The notes beneath the pieces are model-generated. The model was not told the DNA's origin. It saw only the letters and a list, made by a program, of their open reading frames with translations, and did not search any database. Shown here one piece after another: positions 22,400-29,872 of a stretch of 64,000 nucleotides of DNA (within the stretch, counting starts at the first letter, position 1; the number at the start of each line of letters is the position of its first letter). Made by a program: the position numbers and the translations under genes. Source of the stretch: an uncultured Alphaproteobacteria bacterium (GTDB lineage: Bacteria; Pseudomonadota; Alphaproteobacteria; Micropepsales; Micropepsaceae); contig CAWDKN010000058.1 of NCBI GenBank assembly GCA_963802815.1, positions 14,214 through 78,213 of the forward strand, given 5' to 3'.

Positions 22400-24694
22400 A
22401 TGAAAAGACTGCACGGATTGTTGCTCGGAGCATGCAGTGTCGCATTGCTCGGGAGCGAGACGGCCTACGCGCAAGACGGTCCCGCGGGCGGGATCGAGAC
22501 AGTGGTGGTGACGGCGGAACGGCACGCCGAGGATTATCAGAAGGCCATGCTCACCGAGCAGGCCTTCACGGGCAGGCAGCTCAGCAAGCTCGGCCTCAAA
22601 TCGTCGGCTGACCTCGGTCAAGTCACGCCCAATCTCGACATCGCGCTGCCGGCCGGCAACGGCAATCAGCCGATCATCACGCTTCGCGGCATAGGCCTCA
22701 ACGACTACGACACCAACAATGCGGGACCCAACGGCGTCTATGTCGACGAGGTCTATCTGAGCTCGCCCGCGTCGCAGACGTTTGCGATGTTCGATCTCAA
22801 GGATGTGCAGGTTGTCGAGGGCCCGCAAGGGACGTTGTTCGGCCGCAATACCAGCGGCGGTGCGATTCTCTTCACGACGGCGAAACCGACCGACGACTTC
22901 ACCGTCGATTTTCACGGCGAATACAGCTCCTACGATACGTTCCAGCTCGAGGGCGCGATCGGCGGCCAGCTCGCACCGGGCCTCGACGGGCGCATTGCCA
23001 TCGTGAAGAACAATTCGATGGGCGACTTTTACAACACGTTCCTCCACACGCACGAGAATGGCGCGAACAACGTTGCCGGCCGCGCGATGCTGCAATGGCA
23101 GCCGACCGAAGAGTTGACCTTCCTTTTCAACGTTCATGGCGGTTCCGTCGCCAACCGGCCGATCGAGTATCGCCATATCGGCGATCTCGATCCGACGACG
23201 CTCGGAAACGCCGTTCCCACGCAGTGCTCGATAACAGCAAGCTACGCCGGCCAGTGCACCGACCTGTTCGGCTATGGTACGCCCAGCAACTTCTATCACG
23301 GCGAGTTCAACCGGCGGGTTCACCTGGATGTGCACTCGGTTGGAGGTTACCTCCGCGCGGACTATTCACCGGGCTGGATCAATCTCAGCTCGATCACGTC
23401 GTTCGAGCACATCGACAAGCTCCATCCCGAGGATAGCGACGCGTCGCCCAACCGGCTGCTCGAGATCAATTTCGGCGTCCGGGCGAATACCATCACCGAG
23501 GAATTGCGCGCGACCGGCAAGGGGCAGGATTACAACTATCAGGCGGGACTTTATTACCTGAACGAAAATCTGCATCAGAACCAACCGATCTATATCCTGC
23601 TCGACGGCGACAATTTCTTCGGTGGGCCGGGGTCGGCCGACGGCGTCGCGTTTCAGGCATTCGACCAGAGCCAGCAGATCACCAATGCCTATGCGGCCTA
23701 TGCACAGGGCGACTACGACATCACCGACGCCCTTAAGCTCACGCTGGGCGGCCGCATCACCACCGAGACGCGCGGCTTTTCCTACCTCGGCCAGATCCAG
23801 TATCAGCTCGGCGGCATGAACAATTTCGGGCCGCTGACCACGCTGGCGGACACGCGTGAGCGCCAGACCAGCACTGCCTTCAACTGGAAGGCCGCGCTCG
23901 GCTACCAGATCACCGACAAGATCCTCGCTTATGGCAGCGTGACGACGGGCTACAAGAGCGGCGACTTCAACGGCAGTTTCCTCAGCACCGTCCCCGCCGA
24001 GATCGCCAGGCAGCTGGCGCCCGTGAAGCCCGAATACGTCACTTCGTTCGAAGTCGGCGAGAAATCGACCTTTTTCGACGATCGCCTCGTCATCGATACC
24101 TCGGCCTTCTACAACCAGTATCGCGACATGCAGGTCTTTGTGCTGGTGAACCCCGTGGCGGGCGGCAGCGGGCTGCCGGTCAATGTCCTCGACAATGCGC
24201 CGAAGGCTCACACCGAAGGCATCGACGCGAAGCTCGTCGGCAAGCCGATCGACAATCTGACCGGCACGTTCCAGTTCGGCCTGCTGGAGACGCGGATCGA
24301 CCAGTTCGTAGCGAATGTCGATCCGACCCAACCCGATCTAAAAGGAAAGCAGCTTCCGCTTTCGCCGCATTTCTCGATGGCCGGAACGCTGGATTACACC
24401 GTTCCGTTCTACGACGGAAATCTCGACTTCGAATTCAACGCCGACTTCAAAAGCCATCAGTTCTTCGACAGCACCAACGATCCTTACACCACGCAGAATG
24501 CGTACTGGATCGAGAATGCGCGCATCGCCTATGCGTTCGACGACTCGGAATGGGAAGTCGCCGCCTTCGCGCGCAACATCGGAAACCAGAAATACTTCCT
24601 CGACGAGTTCGACCTGACCAGCCCGTTCGGCTTCATCCAGGGAATCACGGGCCAGCCGCGAACGGTTGGAGTTGAAGTGAACTTCCGGGATTAG
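22400..24694 (+). CDS. TonB-dependent receptor
   Basis: Signal peptide, TonB box ETVVVTA, plug motif EGPQGTLFGRNTSGG, C-terminal PRTVGVEVNF. Confidence 0.95.
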   Translation: MKRLHGLLLGACSVALLGSETAYAQDGPAGGIETVVVTAERHAEDYQKAMLTEQAFTGRQLSKLGLKSSADLGQVTPNLDIALPAGNGNQPIITLRGIGLNDYDTNNAGPNGVYVDEVYLSSPASQTFAMFDLKDVQVVEGPQGTLFGRNTSGGAILFTTAKPTDDFTVDFHGEYSSYDTFQLEGAIGGQLAPGLDGRIAIVKNNSMGDFYNTFLHTHENGANNVAGRAMLQWQPTEELTFLFNVHGGSVANRPIEYRHIGDLDPTTLGNAVPTQCSITASYAGQCTDLFGYGTPSNFYHGEFNRRVHLDVHSVGGYLRADYSPGWINLSSITSFEHIDKLHPEDSDASPNRLLEINFGVRANTITEELRATGKGQDYNYQAGLYYLNENLHQNQPIYILLDGDNFFGGPGSADGVAFQAFDQSQQITNAYAAYAQGDYDITDALKLTLGGRITTETRGFSYLGQIQYQLGGMNNFGPLTTLADTRERQTSTAFNWKAALGYQITDKILAYGSVTTGYKSGDFNGSFLSTVPAEIARQLAPVKPEYVTSFEVGEKSTFFDDRLVIDTSAFYNQYRDMQVFVLVNPVAGGSGLPVNVLDNAPKAHTEGIDAKLVGKPIDNLTGTFQFGLLETRIDQFVANVDPTQPDLKGKQLPLSPHFSMAGTLDYTVPFYDGNLDFEFNADFKSHQFFDSTNDPYTTQNAYWIENARIAYAFDDSEWEVAAFARNIGNQKYFLDEFDLTSPFGFIQGITGQPRTVGVEVNFRD

Positions 24695-24716
24695 CGTTCG
24701 CTTCCCGTGTTCAGCG

Positions 24717-24748
24717 AAACGGCGGCGCCACGCGGCGCCGCCGTTTTT
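24717..24748. terminator. Terminator between convergent genes
   Basis: AAACGGCGGCGCC-ACGC-GGCGCCGCCGTTTTT. Confidence 0.85.
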
Positions 24749-24859
24749 GTTTGATCGCGAGTCACTTCGTCTAGGCTAAAGGCCGTCATGGCCGCGTTTG
24801 TGGACGCGGCTCGCCTGTGACGATCGTGGACAGGAAAGCGACACGCGTTGCGCGGATAC

Positions 24860-26140
24860 TCAGTGCCTGCGCGAATCCAGCATCGCGGCCAGGAGCTTGT
24901 GTGGTTCCAGCGTCGACTTTTTCGTCCTCAGGGCCTTGAAGGAATCCTCGGCCGCCTGCAGGGCGGTGTCGATATCCTTGCCGGTCATGGCGCTGCACAT
25001 AAACATATTGTGCCAGGGATGGACGTAGACGCCGCGGCTGACCATCTCGGACGACCAGCCATAGCCGATGCGGAAATCCGGATCGTCCTTGAACAGGATC
25101 AGCGGCATCTGGGCGGGGCCCGTCTGGCGCAGCGCGAAGCCGTGCTGCTCGGCGATCCCCGTGAGACCATCGCGCAGTTTGGTGCCGAGCCTGGTCGTGT
25201 GCTCGAGATAATCGGTGTGCTCGATCACGTCGAGAGTGGCGATTCCGGCCGCCATCGGCACGGCGGCGAACCAGAACGAGCCGGTGACGTAGATCGAGCC
25301 GGCCGCGGCGCGGGCCTTCTCGGCGCCGAGAAGGGCTGAGATCGGATAGCCGTTGGCGATCGCCTTGCCCCAGCTGGACAGGTCGGGCTTCACGCCGACG
25401 AGCGACCAGCTGGAATCGCGGGCCATGCGAAAGCCGGCGCGCACATCGTCGACGATGAGAAGCGCGCCCTTCTCGTCGCACAGCGAGCGCGCGCGTTTGG
25501 CGTAGGTCGGATCCGGCAGCGCCTGGTCGGTGAAGGCGTCGTGCTTGAAGGGCGAGGCGAAGATGCCTGCGAGATCGTCTCCCGCCGCGATCGCCGCTGC
25601 CTCGAGGCTTGCCGTGTCGTTGTAGACGTAAGTGATGAGATGGGCGCGATCCTCGGGCACCGTGCCGGCGTGATTGGGCGTGCACCATGGCGCTGCACCG
25701 TGATAGGCGCCCTTGGCGACGAGGATCTTGCGCTTTTTCGTATGGGCGCGCGCGGTCATCATCGCCATGGTGGTGGTGTCGGTGCCGTTCTTGCAGAACA
25801 TCGCCCAGTCGGCATGACCGACCAGCCTCACCAGCTTCTCGGCGAACTCGACCATCACCGGACCGGGCCCCGTCATCGCGTCGCCGAGCTTCATTTGTGC
25901 CAGCGCCGCCGCGTCGATCTTCGGATTGCAGTAGCCGAGCAGGTTCGGCCCGTAGCCGCACATGAAGTCGAGATATCTGTTGCCGTCGACGTCCCAGAGA
26001 TGGGCGCCTTCCGCCTTGGCGAAGAATTGCGGGTAGTTCTCCGGCAGCAGCCGCACCGATTCGTGGCCGTACATCCCGTTGGGGATCACCTGGGCCGCGC
26101 GCTCGCGCAGGCTCCGGTCCTCGGAATTGGCGATGCTCAT
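24860..26140 (-). CDS. Class III PLP aminotransferase, FumI (aminopentol aminotransferase)-like
   Basis: LRERAAQVIPNGMYGHES, YGPNLLGY, DWAMFCKNG, DDVRAGFR, WGKAIANG, TGSFWF, DDPDFRIGY, HPWHNMF; resembles Sphingopyxis FumI as recalled, not aligned. Confidence 0.85.
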   Translation of the reverse strand: MSIANSEDRSLRERAAQVIPNGMYGHESVRLLPENYPQFFAKAEGAHLWDVDGNRYLDFMCGYGPNLLGYCNPKIDAAALAQMKLGDAMTGPGPVMVEFAEKLVRLVGHADWAMFCKNGTDTTTMAMMTARAHTKKRKILVAKGAYHGAAPWCTPNHAGTVPEDRAHLITYVYNDTASLEAAAIAAGDDLAGIFASPFKHDAFTDQALPDPTYAKRARSLCDEKGALLIVDDVRAGFRMARDSSWSLVGVKPDLSSWGKAIANGYPISALLGAEKARAAAGSIYVTGSFWFAAVPMAAGIATLDVIEHTDYLEHTTRLGTKLRDGLTGIAEQHGFALRQTGPAQMPLILFKDDPDFRIGYGWSSEMVSRGVYVHPWHNMFMCSAMTGKDIDTALQAAEDSFKALRTKKSTLEPHKLLAAMLDSRRH

Positions 26141-26172
26141 GCCCGACTCTCCTGCTTGCGTATGGGGCAACC

Positions 26173-26202
26173 AATGATAGTCTTGACTACCGTATCGCGC
26201 AA
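26173..26202 (-). promoter_or_regulatory. sigma70-like promoter with candidate operator (TAGTC-TT-GACTA palindrome)
   Basis: Minus strand TTGCGC-N17-TATCAT; the palindrome lies in the divergent aminotransferase/kinase intergenic region. Confidence 0.5.
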
Positions 26203-26236
26203 TCCGCGCCCCGCACAGGTGACACCCGGAGCGACG

Positions 26237-27181
26237 ATGACACAACGCCTTCTGTGTGTGGGCCTTGCGACGCTGGACGTGCTCGGCCGCCCAATCGAGG
26301 CGTTGCCGCCCGATGGCCGCACCAAGATCATAGACCGGATCGCGTTGGCGCCGGCGGGAACGGCCGGCGGGGCCGCCCTCGTTGCGGCAACGCTCGGACT
26401 GCCCACCGCGATCGCCTCGGCCGTCGGCGACGACGGCGCCGGCCGCTTCGTGCGCCAGGAATTCGCCGCGCGCGGCGTGAACACGCACGTCCTCGCGATC
26501 GATCCCGCGCGGCCGACCTCGACGACCATCCTGACCATCCGTGCCAATGGCGAGCGGCCGAATTTCCATGCCATCGGCGCCAGCAGCTTCTTCGCCATCA
26601 CGCCGGAACTCATCGCCGAAGCGGAGAAGACGCGGTTCCTGCACTGGGGCGGCGTCGGCGGCATGCGCCTCGACGGCGGCCCCGGCGCGTCCCTTCTCGC
26701 AGCCGCGAAGGCCTCCGGCGCGACGGTCACCTGCGACCTGATCGGGCCGGGTCCGCGCGCGATGGAGGAGCTTGCGCGGCTTCTGCCGCATGTCGATTAT
26801 TTCATGCCCAACATGGGCGAAGCGTTCCAGCTGAGCGGCGCGAGCGAACCCGCCGATGCCGCGCAACGCTTCATGGCGCTGGGCGCGAAGGCCTGTATCT
26901 TCAAATGGGGCGACAAGGGCGCCTTCGTCGCCATGGATGGCCGTCACGAGATCATTCCCGCCCACGCGATCGCGGTTGTCGACACGACGAGCTGCGGCGA
27001 TTCCTTCTGCGCCGGCTTCATCACGGCACTCGACCGCGGCTTCGCCCCGTTCGAGGCCTGCCGCTTCGCGGCGGCGACCGCGGCGCTCGTAGCACAGGGC
27101 CTCGGCACGCTGGGCCAGCTCGGCAGTTTCGACACGACGCTCGCCTATATGCGCAGCGCACCGCTTAGGCAGACCGCGTGA
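26237..27181 (+). CDS. PfkB-family carbohydrate kinase
   Basis: AGTAGG, VGDDGAG, PN..EA, VVDTTSCGDSFCAGF signature. Confidence 0.92.
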   Translation: MTQRLLCVGLATLDVLGRPIEALPPDGRTKIIDRIALAPAGTAGGAALVAATLGLPTAIASAVGDDGAGRFVRQEFAARGVNTHVLAIDPARPTSTTILTIRANGERPNFHAIGASSFFAITPELIAEAEKTRFLHWGGVGGMRLDGGPGASLLAAAKASGATVTCDLIGPGPRAMEELARLLPHVDYFMPNMGEAFQLSGASEPADAAQRFMALGAKACIFKWGDKGAFVAMDGRHEIIPAHAIAVVDTTSCGDSFCAGFITALDRGFAPFEACRFAAATAALVAQGLGTLGQLGSFDTTLAYMRSAPLRQTA

Positions 27182-27831
27182 GCGCGCCACGCGACGAAAC
27201 CGATCTGCGCGCGCGCATCGTGGCCGCGATGAAGACCATGGTCGAGCGCGGACTGAATCGCGGCACGACGGGAAACATCTCGGTGCGCTGCGGCGACGGG
27301 TTGCTCGTCACGCCGAGCGGCATCGTGCCGGAACGGCTCCAAGCTGAGAGCATCGTCTTCATCGGCGCCGACGGCGCGCCGCGCGAGGGCGAACTCAAGC
27401 CGTCGAGCGAATGGCGCATGCATGCGCGCATTCTGGAGCGGCGTCCGGACGTCGGCGCCGTCGTTCATTGTCATTCGCGCTTCGCCACCATCCTGGCCTG
27501 CGCCGGCAAGCCGATTCCGCCGCTGCATTACATGATCGGCGTATCGGGAAAGCCCGAAGTACCGCTCGCGCCTTATGCGACGTTCGGCACGGTGGAGCTC
27601 GCCGATCTTGTCGCCGAAGCGCTCGCCGGCGGCTATGCCTGCCTGATGGCGAACCACGGTCTGATCTGCGCCGCACCCTCGCTGTCGCGCACGCTGTCGA
27701 TCGCCGAGGAGATCGAGGAACAGGCAGCGGTGTACTGGGGCACGCTCGCCATCGGCGGCCCGACGCTGCTCAGCGATGCGCAGATGAAGGACAATTTCGA
27801 ACAGTTCGGCAGCTATGGGCAGAAGCGCTAA
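27178..27831 (+). CDS. Class II aldolase/adducin family (FucA-like)
   Basis: GTTGNISVR, TPSG, PSSEWRMH, VVHCHS, ANHG; GTGA overlap with the kinase. Confidence 0.92.
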   Translation: MSAPRDETDLRARIVAAMKTMVERGLNRGTTGNISVRCGDGLLVTPSGIVPERLQAESIVFIGADGAPREGELKPSSEWRMHARILERRPDVGAVVHCHSRFATILACAGKPIPPLHYMIGVSGKPEVPLAPYATFGTVELADLVAEALAGGYACLMANHGLICAAPSLSRTLSIAEEIEEQAAVYWGTLAIGGPTLLSDAQMKDNFEQFGSYGQKR

Positions 27832-27902
27832 GCAGTGCCCGCCCGGCGCCGCGGCGCACGCGGGGCACGACAATTCGCGACAATAGTTGATAGCGCTCCC
27901 CC

Positions 27903-27928
27903 GGAACAAAGGTTTGGTCGCGCCGGTT
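27903..27928 (+). promoter_or_regulatory. ECF (EcfG-like) promoter candidate
   Basis: GGAAC-N17-GGTT upstream of the His-rich peptide gene. Confidence 0.4.
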
Positions 27929-27968
27929 ACCGGTGCGCATTGACCCCAGCATCCTGAGGAGAAAAAGC

Positions 27969-28145
27969 GTGAAAAACATTTTCAAGGCCGCTCTGATCGT
28001 GGCGCTTCTGCCGCTTGCCACCATTGCGCCGGTATCTGCCGACGTGGTCGGTGTCCATGTCGGTCCGGTCGGCGTCGGCATTGGCATCCATCACCATCAT
28101 CACCGCAATTGCTACTGGCATCACCATCACGAGGTCTGCCGCTGA
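27969..28145 (+). CDS. Small secreted His-rich peptide
   Basis: GAGGA RBS, GTG start, signal peptide, mature DVVGVHVGPVGVGIGIHHHHHRNCYWHHHHEVCR. Confidence 0.8.
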   Translation: MKNIFKAALIVALLPLATIAPVSADVVGVHVGPVGVGIGIHHHHHRNCYWHHHHEVCR

Positions 28146-28432
28146 GGGTGAGCCGGTTTCGCTGAAAAATTCCCTGCTCCCGCGCGGCGAGCGCCTGGCA
28201 CCTTCGGGAAAATTCGCCGCTTTCAAGGCTTTAGGCGTGAGGCGGATTTGATTTGTGTACGGATTATATGATTTTCCCTGCTAATTCCCTGTTCTTGCAG
28301 GGAACTGAGCCGGAATCCGGTCGCGGGGATTTCCCCAAAAAGAGGGAGATCCCAGACGGTGATTTTTGATTTGCGTCAGGGAAATCGTCCCCGGCCGTCA
28401 TAGATTCCTCCTGCGGGTCGGGAGAGCCCTGT

Positions 28433-28627
28433 ATGAGCGAGATCGAGAAATTCCAGCTTGTAGCCGAGACATTGCGGGCGGAAGCAAAGCACCCGGGCGC
28501 GCTGGTGAAGCGCGCCAGGATGGTCATTCTGGCCGAGCATTTTGAGCGGCTTGCCCGCATCGCCGCGAACGACACCGACAGCGACACGCTGCACGAGGCG
28601 CTGGCGGATGAGCTGGAGCGGGTCTGA
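28433..28627 (+). CDS. Hypothetical 64-aa helical protein
   Basis: GGAGAG RBS, ATG start, charged helical composition. Confidence 0.55.
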   Translation: MSEIEKFQLVAETLRAEAKHPGALVKRARMVILAEHFERLARIAANDTDSDTLHEALADELERV

Positions 28628-28835
28628 TCATCCTTCGACCCATTCGCGGAAACTCGCCCGGTCGAATTTCCGTGATGATCGGGGAATTAACAGGGTGAAG
28701 CGGTCCCGGCGCGTCGGCATGTATCGCCGCTATCCGGTGTTCACGCGGGGACGAAAACCTTCTCTCGACGCCCCTCTCATCGAAACGCCCCGCAGGCGGG
28801 AAGCCGGCGAGGCGCGCGAAATCACTATGACGAAA

Positions 28836-28864
28836 TTTATAGCTCCACTCTCCGATGGAGTCAA
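28836..28864 (-). promoter_or_regulatory. Near-consensus sigma70 promoter
   Basis: Minus strand TTGACT-N17-TATAAA. Confidence 0.65.
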
Positions 28865-28879
28865 GAACGAAAAGTGAAC
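28865..28879. promoter_or_regulatory. Alphaproteobacterial LexA (SOS) box
   Basis: GAAC-GAAAAGT-GAAC, an exact GAAC-N7-GAAC match abutting the -35 hexamer. Confidence 0.65.
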
Positions 28880-28978
28880 TTTCGGCTTTTTTTGCCGCTT
28901 TTCCGCAGGTGATTCGGACTTTGTGCTAGATTTGCAACAGGTCCGAAAAGATATCTGAGACCCGATTTCTGGCGACTC

Positions 28979-29872
28979 CTACCGCGCGGCGCTTTCGGTC
29001 TCCACCGGCACCACGTCAACTCCCACTTCGACGATGTGATCGCCGCCGCCGGTGACGACGCCGTGGATGGGGGCGACGTCGCCGTAATCGCGGCCCCAGC
29101 CGACCGTGATGTGGCCGTTGCCGGGGATCAGGTTGTTGGTGGGATCGAGATCGACCCAGCCGTAAGGCGGCGCCCAGACGGAGAACCAGGCGTGACTGGC
29201 ATCGGCGCCGAGCATCCTCGGCCGGCCGGGCGGCGGCTGCGTCAGCAGATAGCCGCTGACATAGCGCGCGGGCAGGCCGAGCGAGCGCATCGCGGCGATG
29301 CCGACATGGGCGAGATCCTGGCAGACGCCGGCGCGGATCTCGAACACGCGATCGACGGGAGTCGAGGCGTCGGTCACGGTCGTGTCGTAGCGGAATCCGG
29401 AATGGATGCGCGCCATCAGATCGATCGCGCCGGCGAGCAGCGGACGGCCGCGGGGAAAACTCTTGCGCGCAAAGCCCGCGACATCGGAGGTGAACGCGGT
29501 CAGGCCGGAATCGAAGACGAACTGAAGGACTTCATCGGCTTCCTCGCCGCCCGGGTCTTCAAGGCGAGCATGAAGGCCTTCCCAGGCTTCGCTGGCGTCG
29601 GGGTCACACGCCGGCGGTGCCTCGGCCGCAATGCGGCTCTCGGCCGTGATCTCGAGCACCGCATGCGGCTCGTCGAGCGCGAGCCATTCGGTCTCGTTGC
29701 CGAAATAATCCTCGCGGCGGACCCGCTGCACGGGCGCGGGCGTGATGGTGAGGTTGAAGCTCTTCACACGCTGCGTCGCGGTCGCCCGCGGAGTCAGATG
29801 CAGAAGATGGCGCGAATAGGAGACATCCTGGAGATAGCGATAGGCCGTGCGGTGCCGGACGGAGAATTCCAT
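28979..29872 (-). CDS. Transglutaminase-family protein (Bact_transglu_N plus core)
   Basis: GVCQDLAH, ARYVSGYL, ASHAW, DPTN, GRDYGDV catalytic triad motifs. Confidence 0.93.
   Translation of the reverse strand: MEFSVRHRTAYRYLQDVSYSRHLLHLTPRATATQRVKSFNLTITPAPVQRVRREDYFGNETEWLALDEPHAVLEITAESRIAAEAPPACDPDASEAWEGLHARLEDPGGEEADEVLQFVFDSGLTAFTSDVAGFARKSFPRGRPLLAGAIDLMARIHSGFRYDTTVTDASTPVDRVFEIRAGVCQDLAHVGIAAMRSLGLPARYVSGYLLTQPPPGRPRMLGADASHAWFSVWAPPYGWVDLDPTNNLIPGNGHITVGWGRDYGDVAPIHGVVTGGGDHIVEVGVDVVPVETESAAR

Noticed and set aside
24860-26140. hemL (glutamate-1-semialdehyde aminomutase)
   Set aside because: Lacks the HemL PGGVNSPVR and NSGTEA motifs; its motifs fit the FumI-like subgroup.
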